Below, one piece after another: positions 18,529-26,707 of a DNA stretch of 33,445 bases. The position numbers were made by a program, and so were the translations under genes. Each line of letters opens with the position of its first letter. Positions within the stretch are counted from its first letter, which is position 1. Source of the stretch: an uncultured virus (IMG/VR IMGVR_UViG_3300013728_000001) (lineage: Duplodnaviria > Heunggongvirae > Uroviricota > Caudoviricetes); IMG/VR virus record IMGVR_UViG_3300013728_000001; one strand, given 5' to 3'. The notes under the pieces were generated by a model, which saw only the letters and a program-made list of their open reading frames with translations, made no database searches and was not told where the DNA came from.

Positions 18529-20268
18529 TTAGCTGGCAGTACCGGTAGTGGCAGCTTCAGGTGCGGTTTCGCTCTGAATTTTCTTGCCGGTCAGCATGTC
18601 GTACGCGCCTTCTTTCGCATTGGTCAGCGTCAGCTTGGCGAAGTAGTTTTCACCATTGCGCGGGTGCAGCTCGTTAAGGGAGGAACCCCAAAGCGTGGTG
18701 CGGTTGACCAGCGACGGGTTGGTTTCGTGGACATACGGGATTGCCGGAACGGCGTCACCGGCGATCAGGCCAGCATCACCGATGGAATCACCACGGCCAT
18801 AAAACAGAATGTCCTCTTTGCTCAGTGCGACGCCGTTGGCCACAAACTGATCGCAGATAGCGGTCGGCACTTCGTAGATTGGGTAGATGCCAAACAGGGT
18901 GCCGATGCGCTGAATGTACGGCGACTGGACAAAGTTAGGATCGGCCTGGAACACGTTAGCCGGAAGGCTTTTCAGGAAGTTCGCCGCCTCGCCACCCGCA
19001 AAGCCGCCACGGATGCCCGCCTTACGGGTACGGTTCACCATGTCAGTGCTCAGCTGCGTAATGGCATGCTTCAGCAGCGTTACCCACGATTCGTAGGTCT
19101 GGCCTTCCGGCAGCGCCACGTCAAACTCACGATTGTAAACGGTGTGGAATGCCATAGTGCGCAGACGCATCATGTCCTGCTCATGGCTCAGCCAGTTACG
19201 CATTGCAGTAAACTGCGTGGACGACAGGTTGATGCCAAATTCACGGCTCAGATCGGACGCAGACATCACGGTATGCTCAGACGCAATAACGAACTGCGAC
19301 GGCTTGATGGTGAACTCACGCATTGACTGGTTGATAACCGGGATCAGGCCTGGCGCTTTTTCAACGTTGATCTCGACCTGTGCGGCCAGCTCAGTACCTT
19401 TAGCCGGCGCATCAGTAAAGGTTACAGCAATGGTGCCTTTGTCGTAATCGACTTTACAGGTAGCCTGGAACTGGTTGCCTTTGACGTCTTTATCTGAGAA
19501 AAACAGGTTGCCGTCAGTATCATCGACCTTACTCGGACGACGGTTGATCAGCAGCTTGGTGCGGCCAGCACGGATCGGCATATCCGCATTCTCAATCGCC
19601 TTAATGCTGAAGGTAAAGGTTTTCTTGGTGCCGTCCGGCTGCGCTGCAGCAGGGAACAGGTACAGGCGTTTCATCTGCGAGTAAACCGCCGCAGACTGCA
19701 TGTGCATTTCATCACCCTTCTGGAAGGTGCCAAAGCTGGTACCGGCCACGTTCATCAGCTCGTAAATCTTCGCTTCGTCGCGCTCGCACGGAACAAAGGT
19801 ACATGCGTCGCTGGTGGCAGCGCCCAGCACCGCAGGCAGGATCAGCGCGGCAAACTGCGCCTGACGCATTACGCCGTCAGAGGTGCGCATATCAGCAGCC
19901 ACGGACTCAAACATCGCTTTGCCGTTGCCTTCATGCTTTTCAGCCGCTGATTCGATCATCAGGTTTTCAAGCGCGCGGCTGGCGTTCGCCAGCTGGTCAG
20001 CAGGTGGATAGGTGCCATTACGCTCTTTGTATTCGATCATGCTCGACGCCCACGCGGTGCCTACCAGACGGCAAAACTCCGGGTTAACGCCTTCAAACAT
20101 CGGATCACGGCCAGCCGCCTCGCCAATACTGACGGACATAGACTGGCGGTCAGAAATCATTGAGCCATCTGCGTTGCGCTGTGCGTCAACGGTGAAAGCC
20201 ATAACGCGCGATGCACGCTGCATAACGTCCTGCTCGCGCTGGCGAGCCGGGGAAATATCTTTACTCAC
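18529..20268 (-). CDS. Major capsid protein (P1 gp23-like)
   Basis: 579 aa; ALILP..LGAATSDACTFVP, EINVEKAPGLIP and IGDAGLIAGDAVPAIP match my recall of P1 gp23; GTG start. Confidence 0.9.
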   Translation of the reverse strand: MSKDISPARQREQDVMQRASRVMAFTVDAQRNADGSMISDRQSMSVSIGEAAGRDPMFEGVNPEFCRLVGTAWASSMIEYKERNGTYPPADQLANASRALENLMIESAAEKHEGNGKAMFESVAADMRTSDGVMRQAQFAALILPAVLGAATSDACTFVPCERDEAKIYELMNVAGTSFGTFQKGDEMHMQSAAVYSQMKRLYLFPAAAQPDGTKKTFTFSIKAIENADMPIRAGRTKLLINRRPSKVDDTDGNLFFSDKDVKGNQFQATCKVDYDKGTIAVTFTDAPAKGTELAAQVEINVEKAPGLIPVINQSMREFTIKPSQFVIASEHTVMSASDLSREFGINLSSTQFTAMRNWLSHEQDMMRLRTMAFHTVYNREFDVALPEGQTYESWVTLLKHAITQLSTDMVNRTRKAGIRGGFAGGEAANFLKSLPANVFQADPNFVQSPYIQRIGTLFGIYPIYEVPTAICDQFVANGVALSKEDILFYGRGDSIGDAGLIAGDAVPAIPYVHETNPSLVNRTTLWGSSLNELHPRNGENYFAKLTLTNAKEGAYDMLTGKKIQSETAPEAATTGTAS

Positions 20269-20319
20269 AAGTAGACCCTTTTTTCAGGGCGCGGCTGCGA
20301 GGGAACTTTTGACGGGGCA

Positions 20320-20340
20320 AATTTAGGCGGTTTGTAATTT
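20320..20340 (-). promoter_or_regulatory. Late-promoter motif upstream of gene 23
   Basis: Minus strand AAATTACAAAC-CGCC-TAAATT. Confidence 0.75.
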
Positions 20341-20370
20341 GCGTTGTGCGATAGGCAAGAAAAAATTGCA

Positions 20371-20393
20371 ATTATGAGGATTTATTTTAGAAA
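20371..20393. promoter_or_regulatory. Putative palindromic operator, copy 1 (degenerate left half)
   Basis: ATTATGAG-N7-TTTAGAAA. Confidence 0.45.
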
Positions 20394-20436
20394 TGAATGT
20401 ACATTTAGGCGATGAATTTGACCACTGGTAAACCTC

Positions 20437-20871
20437 ATGGCTTATAAGCTCTACTTTCAATACGCAAATGGCTCCAGATCGCACATGCTTTCGACCGGCA
20501 GCCGGCGCGACGCTCAGCAGCACCTTGATTACCTTCTGAGTGAGACAGAACCCCGCTCACTGGCTCAGCAAATCATCATCATGTATGGCGCAGAGATCAT
20601 CATGGAAGTCAGCCCGACATTAGGGGATGACGAGATCCGCGCACTGCCTCGCTGGCGCAAAGCCGGTAACACGCAGCAGATGCATAACCCGGTTACGGCG
20701 TCTATTTACATGCCGAGTGCGGCGCGTGATTTTCTGCTGCTGGCGGGTGAGGGCAATCTGGCAGCGGGCATGCGTAAAATCATGCTGGAAACAGGCAGGC
20801 CGGAAATCACAGCAGCGTATATGGCAGACACAGCGGGTAATTCTGAAACTGCCGCGCAGCCAGTGAATTGA
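20437..20871 (+). CDS. Hypothetical protein with a possible C-terminal ribbon-helix-helix DNA-binding domain
   Basis: 144-aa ATG ORF followed by its own terminator; TASIYMP..ARDFL..AGEGNLAAGMRKI has a strand-helix-GN-helix pattern. Confidence 0.65.
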   Translation: MAYKLYFQYANGSRSHMLSTGSRRDAQQHLDYLLSETEPRSLAQQIIIMYGAEIIMEVSPTLGDDEIRALPRWRKAGNTQQMHNPVTASIYMPSAARDFLLLAGEGNLAAGMRKIMLETGRPEITAAYMADTAGNSETAAQPVN

Positions 20872-20912
20872 AAGTCTGAATAAAATAAAATAGCCATACA
20901 TTAATAAATCAT

Positions 20913-20938
20913 AAGCCGCTATGTCAGCGGCTTTTTTT
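20913..20938 (+). terminator. Intrinsic terminator
   Basis: AAGCCGCT-ATGTC-AGCGGCTT-TTTTT. Confidence 0.85.
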
Positions 20939-20969
20939 GTGCGCATTTTGCGCCTTGCAAGGAACACAC

Positions 20970-21560
20970 ATGGCTATTATTTCTACTCTAATTAATAAGG
21001 GATCTCCCCTCAATTACTGTCGTAAATTACTGCTGATTGCGTCAGTAATAACCGTTTTCTCAGGCACTTCAGGCATAGCAATAGCTGCGCAGGAAAATCC
21101 CAATGATCGCCCCTCAAAGGTATCTGGCGAAAGATCTTTGCAATGGACAAATCAAGTTACAGGCAGAACTATGCAGGTGCCTGGAGGCTGGAGTGTCTCA
21201 ATGTCGTTAGTGAATCATCGGGTATTTTCGCTCTTTCACGAAGATATGAGCGGCGCAGAAATAACTATTTGTTATGAAGAAACCACAGATGAACTTGAGC
21301 GTTATGTGACCGATATGCTGAAAATATACCCCCAGCGGCATATAAAAATCACTGATTCCGATTTCACTAAGGCAGATGCAATTACTTTCTGGCTTGCAGA
21401 TGGAGAAATAGAAAATGAAGCAGACAAGCGTTTCAGGACAGTTATATCTAAAAAGGATGGGCGCATGTGGATTATATCTGCAAATTTCCCCTTATGGATG
21501 CTTTATAAAAAAACAGACCTTGATGATCTCATTGGCGACATAAGCTTGACAGCTTTATAA
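20970..21560 (+). CDS. AT-rich exported/periplasmic hypothetical protein (moron-like)
   Basis: ATG 20970 after an AAGGAA RBS; signal-peptide-like RKLLLIASVITVFSGTSGIAIAA; flanked by terminators. Confidence 0.7.
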   Translation: MAIISTLINKGSPLNYCRKLLLIASVITVFSGTSGIAIAAQENPNDRPSKVSGERSLQWTNQVTGRTMQVPGGWSVSMSLVNHRVFSLFHEDMSGAEITICYEETTDELERYVTDMLKIYPQRHIKITDSDFTKADAITFWLADGEIENEADKRFRTVISKKDGRMWIISANFPLWMLYKKTDLDDLIGDISLTAL

Positions 21561-21581
21561 GCAGCCCCGAAGGGCTACTTT
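21559..21581. terminator. Hairpin between convergent genes
   Basis: AAGCAGCCC-CGAA-GGGCTACTTT. Confidence 0.65.
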
Positions 21582-21883
21582 CAGCGACTGGCGTTATAGT
21601 CTGATATCAGACCGTTTCGCCTGTTGCATTCATCGACTGAGGCCAGTATTCCTGCCACATAAGCGGGTAGCCTGTCGGTGAAGCCGGGAATGTTTTCATC
21701 CACCTGGCACGGCTGGTAGGCCAGCGCCTTTTGAGGCGGCAGCTCCACCAGCTTTGTGACCGTCACGACTTCGGGAATTAACGGCACGGGCTTTGTCCCG
21801 GAGCACGCGAATAACGCTGGCAGGCAAAGCAGTATGATTAACGCCGGCAAGCAGTATCGCCCTATTAATTTCATCAATTTCAT
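21581..21883 (-). CDS. Outer-membrane lipoprotein, o-spanin (Rz1 / P1 Mlp-like)
   Basis: ATG 21883 after GAGGA; MKLMKLIGRY...LPALFA-C lipobox; Pro-rich with two more Cys; starts inside the i-spanin gene in another frame. Confidence 0.75.
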   Translation of the reverse strand: MKLMKLIGRYCLPALIILLCLPALFACSGTKPVPLIPEVVTVTKLVELPPQKALAYQPCQVDENIPGFTDRLPAYVAGILASVDECNRRNGLISDYNASR

Positions 21884-22220
21884 TCTGACTATCCTCTTTA
21901 AGTTTCTGCAGATCCTGCTCAAGCTGCGCCTGTTTCTGCGCGTAGTCCTGGCGTTCTTTTTCCCGTTTCTCCAGCGCCTGCTGCAGCGTCTGCAGCTGTG
22001 CCTGCTGCTCAGAGAGCGAGGTTTTAAGCGTGGTGTTATTGCCGGTAAGCGTTTTGTTGTTCGCAGTAAGCGTGCTGTTTGCCGCCTCCAGCTGCGCAAC
22101 GTGCGCAAAGTGATCCGTGACAATCACATATCCCTTATGGCCTGCGGTCAGCAGCACGACGCAGAGCGCCACGGCTACCGCACGCTTGAGCCAGCCGGTC
22201 AGGGTGATTTGACTGAACAT
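21696..22220 (-). CDS. Inner-membrane spanin (Rz-like)
   Basis: N-terminal transmembrane helix then a long coiled coil; overlapped by a lipoprotein gene. Confidence 0.75.
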   Translation of the reverse strand: MFSQITLTGWLKRAVAVALCVVLLTAGHKGYVIVTDHFAHVAQLEAANSTLTANNKTLTGNNTTLKTSLSEQQAQLQTLQQALEKREKERQDYAQKQAQLEQDLQKLKEDSQNEIDEINRAILLAGVNHTALPASVIRVLRDKARAVNSRSRDGHKAGGAAASKGAGLPAVPGG

Positions 22221-22222
22221 AG

Positions 22223-22990
22223 TTACTCCTCGTTGAGCGCAGCCAGAACGGCTGCGGGCATAATGGCGCTGACGGCCTGACCCATAACCGGATCGCCGCT
22301 CAGGCCGGACGTAAGCGCGATGGCCACCGCATCCGACATGGCTTTTTTTGCCGTGCTGGTGGACGCGCTGACCTGATCCGCCAGGCGGGCAAGTGCAGAC
22401 GTGCTGCCGGGAAGGGGCAACAGCAGTGCATCGAGCGCGCTGGTTGCCTCGCTCAGCGCGGCTGTTTCCTCTTCGGTGAACGCTGGCGCGATTGCGGCCC
22501 CTCCCGTTGCGCCCGGTGCTGCAGCAGCGCCTGCTTTTGCGTTAATTGCCCCCATTGCCCCAGAGAGCGCGGAGAGCGATACGGCCTGCAGCAGATCGCC
22601 CACTGCGCCTGTAATGGCTTCATCCCCCATTGCAGCCACCAGCGCGAACGCCGGAGCCGGAGAGAGACGATTACCCTTAACGTGACACTCCCATCCGGTT
22701 TTCAGCTGCAGCAGCTCTGACGGGCTGCTGAAGGGCTTAACCGCTGCTACGAATCCAGCAGCAGCGCCTGCTGCAGCGTCCAGGCTCGCCGCATAGCCTG
22801 ACAGCTTCCCGGTATACCCGGAGACCTCCGCCGGATAGGTGACGTCCGGCAGCAGCAGCGCCCTGACGGATGCGGCCAGCTGCTCAGCGCGTGCCTGCGC
22901 CCCCTCGCACACTACAACCGGCGCTGGCGTAACCATGCCGGAGGCGGAGAGGGCAGCGAACGCGTTAATCTGTTTGTCGTTGTCGAGCAT
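22223..22990 (-). CDS. upfB: UpfB-like Ala-rich protein
   Basis: 255 aa; PSELLQLKTGWECH motif; directly after the PAAR gene as in P1. Confidence 0.55.
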   Translation of the reverse strand: MLDNDKQINAFAALSASGMVTPAPVVVCEGAQARAEQLAASVRALLLPDVTYPAEVSGYTGKLSGYAASLDAAAGAAAGFVAAVKPFSSPSELLQLKTGWECHVKGNRLSPAPAFALVAAMGDEAITGAVGDLLQAVSLSALSGAMGAINAKAGAAAAPGATGGAAIAPAFTEEETAALSEATSALDALLLPLPGSTSALARLADQVSASTSTAKKAMSDAVAIALTSGLSGDPVMGQAVSAIMPAAVLAALNEE

Positions 22991-23274
22991 TACTTAACCT
23001 CAAACCCGGCTTCGCCCGTGGCGACCACCGATCCGCACGAAACCGGATCGTTGACGCACACAATGCCTTTGCCGTTGATGGTGAACCACGGACGGCCCGT
23101 AACAGCCGTGCCGTTGTGAGTACTGCTGCCGTCGGTGTGATCCGGAAACAGCTTGCCGTCCACCAGCACGGGCTTGCCGTTGATGGTGAGGCCCGCGTCA
23201 GCCTCAGCGGTCTGACGCGAGGGGAAGCCATCGTGTCCGGAACAAACCGAGTCCAGCGTGCCGGCGGCAGGCAT
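22990..23274 (-). CDS. upfC: PAAR-domain spike tip protein (UpfC-like)
   Basis: CSGHDGFPSR, INGKPV, H..G..TH.G, INGKGI and DPVSCGS are PAAR-family motifs. Confidence 0.85.
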   Translation of the reverse strand: MPAAGTLDSVCSGHDGFPSRQTAEADAGLTINGKPVLVDGKLFPDHTDGSSTHNGTAVTGRPWFTINGKGIVCVNDPVSCGSVVATGEAGFEVK

Positions 23275-23301
23275 CAGACTGCCCCGGCGCCGGAGCGCGT
23301 T

Positions 23302-23499
23302 TTATTCGTCATCAGGTATCAGCTCCAGATCCCCGCGGGTGTAGTTAAGCGGGCAGGTGTAGTACGGGTGTTTCAGCACATAGCGCTGCCCGTTCTCCAG
23401 CCAGTCCACCCGGTCAACTACGCACATTTCACCGTTAAACAGGTTGCCGCGTATGCGCACGCGGGAACCTTTGCGGATCGGCTTCTCAGCTGTGACCAT
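23302..23499 (-). CDS. Small hypothetical protein (SH3/KOW-like pattern)
   Basis: 65 aa; IRKGSRVRIRGNLFNGEMCVV; start overlaps the upstream stop (TGATG). Confidence 0.6.
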   Translation of the reverse strand: MVTAEKPIRKGSRVRIRGNLFNGEMCVVDRVDWLENGQRYVLKHPYYTCPLNYTRGDLELIPDDE

Positions 23500-24077
23500 C
23501 AGGATTCCAGCAGCTCGTAGAAGTCATCAGGGATATCGCTGAACGACATGAACATACCCAGCCAGACGGCGCGGCTTGCGTCGGTGATATAGCGCGACAT
23601 TTTGACGGTAGACAGCACGTTGCTGACCCATTTGGTCTGCGTGCGCTGGTCAAGCGGTGACATTTCATCCCACTTATCCGTAGCCATTTCGCGGGCCAGG
23701 TTAAGGGCGTACATGGTGGCCCACATTACCGGCATCAGATCGACGGTTTCCGGCTCGTCCGGCAGCTCTGCCTGCGCTTCCAGATAGAACTCATATGCGA
23801 CCTGGCAGACGTAGGTTGGCGTCAGCATGTAGCGCGATTCCGGGCGCATGGCCATCAGGCGCACGCGGGTATCTTCTGCCGTGGCGTTTGCCATGATCTG
23901 CTCAATCATGATGTTGCGCGTGGCGCGCTGTGACGGGGTAAGACGCCAGTAAGGCGTTTCAAGCAGCACGCGGGTTTCAGGAGAGTAGTTATATTCATAC
24001 TGGAACTGCGGATCTTCGCGCAGCGCCATGCTCAGGTTGTGGAAAAGCTCAAATGCGGTAGGCTTACGGTTGCTCAT
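23499..24077 (-). CDS. Hypothetical protein, first gene of a late operon
   Basis: 192-aa ATG ORF after GAGTGA and a late-promoter motif. Confidence 0.7.
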   Translation of the reverse strand: MSNRKPTAFELFHNLSMALREDPQFQYEYNYSPETRVLLETPYWRLTPSQRATRNIMIEQIMANATAEDTRVRLMAMRPESRYMLTPTYVCQVAYEFYLEAQAELPDEPETVDLMPVMWATMYALNLAREMATDKWDEMSPLDQRTQTKWVSNVLSTVKMSRYITDASRAVWLGMFMSFSDIPDDFYELLES

Positions 24078-24107
24078 AATTCACTCAATAGAGTTAAAGG
24101 AAGCGGC

Positions 24108-24128
24108 ACCTTAACCAGTTTGTAATTT
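24108..24128 (-). promoter_or_regulatory. Late-promoter motif upstream of the PAAR/spanin operon
   Basis: Minus strand AAATTACAAAC-TGGT-TAAGGT. Confidence 0.75.
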
Positions 24129-24164
24129 GCAGGCGGAGAACAAGAAGGGAATTTATATACATAG

Positions 24165-24187
24165 TTTCTGATTAATTTATTTAGAAA
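24165..24187. promoter_or_regulatory. Putative palindromic operator, copy 2
   Basis: TTTCTGAT-N7-TTTAGAAA, just upstream of a -35 box. Confidence 0.5.
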
Positions 24188-24192
24188 CCATG

Positions 24193-24222
24193 TTGCAGTT
24201 TTTGTATATTTTCGCTTATAGT
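24193..24222 (+). promoter_or_regulatory. Sigma70-like promoter for the 24272 gene
   Basis: TTGCAG-N18-TATAGT. Confidence 0.5.
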
Positions 24223-24271
24223 CTGGCCTGCGGGCAGGTAGTGCCTGCGCATAAAAAATAAGGAACATTAA

Positions 24272-24664
24272 ATGAAAAACCTTTTTGGAAACGTTGTGCC
24301 GGTAAGTGGTCTGCCTGTCGATAAAACCGTGCTGGCGTCGTCCGGCAAATCCGGCGTGCAGCTGCTGGACTGTGGCGAAGAGTTTCAGGGGCGTTATGAG
24401 GTGGTTTCTCAGGGCGTGCTGGTGGCCTGCACCGACAATTACGCGAAAGCGAGTGATTACTACTTTAAAGAGAGCGCCCGCATCAGCGCTGAAAGCCAGG
24501 CCAGCTATAACGCTAAGGTCAGAGAGGCAGAGTCAGCAGGGCTGAGCGGGTATCGCGTGCGGGATTATGCCAATGACCGCATAACGCTTAGTGACGCGCT
24601 GGCGCAGCAGAACACACCGCGCGGCATCCCGGTAGAGTTTCTGCCCGCTCACAATCCAATGTGA
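24272..24664 (+). CDS. Hypothetical protein, stand-alone transcription unit
   Basis: 130 aa; RBS TAAGGAA; promoter upstream and terminator downstream. Confidence 0.75.
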   Translation: MKNLFGNVVPVSGLPVDKTVLASSGKSGVQLLDCGEEFQGRYEVVSQGVLVACTDNYAKASDYYFKESARISAESQASYNAKVREAESAGLSGYRVRDYANDRITLSDALAQQNTPRGIPVEFLPAHNPM

Positions 24665-24678
24665 TGCACCATGAATAC

Positions 24679-24706
24679 AAAGAACCCCGCACAGAGCGGG
24701 GTTTTT
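24679..24706. terminator. Bidirectional intrinsic terminator
   Basis: AAAGAACCCCGC-ACAGA-GCGGGGTTTTT between convergent genes. Confidence 0.85.
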
Positions 24707-24710
24707 CGTT

Positions 24711-25616
24711 TCAGAGCACGGCAATTATGTCGTCTGCTGTTTTACGTGTGTCGCCCTTACAGGACACGGATCGGCGTGCGGCCAGCGGCATGATCCTGAA
24801 GCCGTTGCGCGTGTACAAATCCACGACTGACGGCGCGCTGCTGTTGGTAATGACTACCTTAGCGCCGCGCTTGCGCGCTGCCACCAGGCACTCCACCAGC
24901 CGCGTCTGGTGCTCAAACGTAAAGGCGTTGCCGCTGTAGGCAGTAAAGCCGTTTTCGTCCAGCATCGGCTCATAAGGCGGATCGCAGAAAATCACGTCAC
25001 CTTCGCCCGCCTGGCCGATTACCTCCTCAAACCCGGCGCAGATGAACGTCATTTCTTTCTGCAGGCCAGCGAAGTGCTGCAATTCATCCAGCGGAAAGTA
25101 GTTTGCTCCTGCCTTTTTGTTCCAGCCCACGTTAAACAGGCCTTTCAGGTTATACCGGCACAGCCCGTTAAAGCAGGTGCGCATCAGCGCCAGGAACAGC
25201 GCCGCATGCCGCACCGCGTGCGCCTGGCGTCCGTTAAATTCATTGCGCATGGCCACGTAGGCTTCGTTGGTGAGACAGCTCTTTTCCAGCTGGTGAGCCG
25301 TATTAATCACGGTGTCCGGGTTGCCCTGCAGCTGATTGAAGAGGTTAATCAGATCCGGGTTGATATCCCCCAGCAGGTTGCGCTTAAAGCCTGCGTTGAT
25401 GAATACGGTACCGCTGCCAACAAACGGCTCAATCAGGCGCTTCCCGGCTGGCATTACCGCCAGTATTTCATCAAGCACGGAGTATTTGCCGCCCGCCCAT
25501 TTCAGGAACGAACGCGGGTATTTGTCCTCTGCAGCCTTTCGTGCCGGCTCAAGCTTTTTCTTTACTGCTGATAAAGCGGGTAGGGTAGCGGTCAGTGGTT
25601 CAATTTTGCGAGTCAC
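24711..25616 (-). CDS. dam: Dam-family DNA adenine methyltransferase (C-terminal half of a P1 Dmt-like gene)
   Basis: FLKWAGGK, EPFVGSG, FNGLCRYN and FCDPPY motifs. Start uncertain: GTG 25616 after GAGAG is proposed, but the frame is open up to ATG 26399. Confidence 0.9.
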   Translation of the reverse strand: MTRKIEPLTATLPALSAVKKKLEPARKAAEDKYPRSFLKWAGGKYSVLDEILAVMPAGKRLIEPFVGSGTVFINAGFKRNLLGDINPDLINLFNQLQGNPDTVINTAHQLEKSCLTNEAYVAMRNEFNGRQAHAVRHAALFLALMRTCFNGLCRYNLKGLFNVGWNKKAGANYFPLDELQHFAGLQKEMTFICAGFEEVIGQAGEGDVIFCDPPYEPMLDENGFTAYSGNAFTFEHQTRLVECLVAARKRGAKVVITNSSAPSVVDLYTRNGFRIMPLAARRSVSCKGDTRKTADDIIAVL

Positions 25617-25737
25617 TACTTTGCTCTCTATAGCATTGAGATTACTAGGCCAGTGAATTAATGGCGTGGATCTAGAGTTATAAACAGCCCTATAGTGCGA
25701 GCAAAAAGTAAAACTTAATTGTAAAAAATCCAGATTT

Positions 25738-26382
25738 TTATTTTGGTTTACACAAGCGATAGACCCCTTCGATTTCATCAAATTCGATGGCGCCAATTTC
25801 GATGAGCTGGGGGAGCAAAAGATCAAGTGAACAATGTACTTTTCTATGATGACTAGCATCTTGACACAAGTACAAATTCTCTTTTCTATTATCATCTTTA
25901 ACACCGTTGATGTGGTGTACAACTTCTCCTGGCTCGATATCTCTTCCGAGATACTCAGCCATAACCACATGGTGCTCAAAAACAATTCTTGTACCTTTTG
26001 ATCTTCCTCTAGGCTTAAAGCCAGAAACAACATATCCCCTACGGTTCTTAAATTTCCCTCCGTTTCGATGATATCGCCATGATGATATTCCGAGAACTTT
26101 AGCTCTAGCACTACATTCTGAATCGTGTCGCCCAAGCTGCTTAGACAATGATGACAGGCATTTTCCTTGAGAGCTAAAAAGAAGATCATCTTCTTCTTTA
26201 GTCCAGCGTTTACATTCTCGCATGTCGCATCCAAGTTGGCGTGCCTTTTTCCTAACTCCACTGCTCGACCGCCCAAGATGTTCCGCAATATTTTTAGCGC
26301 TACTGCTGCTCCAATTTTCGATAATATATTGCTCTTCTTCTTTACTGATATGCTTACGCGATGACATAAATATACTTTCCAT
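25738..26382 (-). CDS. HNH endonuclease with two N-terminal Myb/HTH-like repeats
   Basis: EHHVVMAEYLGR...EVVHHINGVKDDNRKENL...HHRKVH; repeats SKEEEQYI..NW..IAEHLGRS..VRKKARQLG and WTKEEDDLL..LSKQLGRH..ARAKVLG; AT-rich. ATG 26367 is an alternative start. Confidence 0.85.
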   Translation of the reverse strand: MESIFMSSRKHISKEEEQYIIENWSSSSAKNIAEHLGRSSSGVRKKARQLGCDMRECKRWTKEEDDLLFSSQGKCLSSLSKQLGRHDSECSARAKVLGISSWRYHRNGGKFKNRRGYVVSGFKPRGRSKGTRIVFEHHVVMAEYLGRDIEPGEVVHHINGVKDDNRKENLYLCQDASHHRKVHCSLDLLLPQLIEIGAIEFDEIEGVYRLCKPK

Positions 26383-26440
26383 TGCTCAATTTTTAGCATT
26401 CCAAATAACCCGATATATTATACGCGAAATCTCTAATAAC

Positions 26441-26707
26441 CTATAAGAGATAAAAATTTAGAAAGTTAACTAAAAGAGTTATGCCATATTTACATGGTAG
26501 TAATATAAAAGAAGGTAACAAACCAATACGAATGCCGGCCGCAATCTTTGTCATGTCGCCCAGGCTCGGCACGTCCGGGTAACGGTGAGCCAGCACGGCT
26601 GCAGGAAACTTTTCTACCTCATCAAACCATGAGGCTGTCCATCCCAGCCCGTCACAGGCCACGCTGGCCGCTTCAACGCCGGAACAGACAGAGCCGTAAG
26701 TGATCAT
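26441..26707 (-). pseudogene. 5' fragment of a C5 cytosine methyltransferase (Dmt N-terminus)
   Basis: YGSVCSGVEAAS...W..WFDEVEKFPAAVLAHRYPDVPSLGDMTKI covers motifs I-III; similarity stops near 26525, before the catalytic PCQ, where the DNA turns AT-rich. Confidence 0.85.

Noticed and set aside
20980..20998. P1 C1-operator-like CTCTAAT cores here and at 26429-26440
   Set aside because: Only short matches in AT-rich DNA; too weak to call.
21884..22123. 180-aa ORF-track version of the lipoprotein gene
   Set aside because: The extension is an alternative frame of the i-spanin gene; the RBS and signal peptide point to ATG 21883.
24711..26382. Classical type II restriction-modification pair
   Set aside because: The methylase is a phage Dam/Dmt-type orphan and the HNH has a homing-type layout with a different base composition. 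A functional link is kept only as a hypothesis in the findings.
25620..26530. Group I intron or intein carrying the HNH inside dmt
   Set aside because: I see no group I core elements or intein ends, and joining the flanks would still lack the C5 catalytic motifs.
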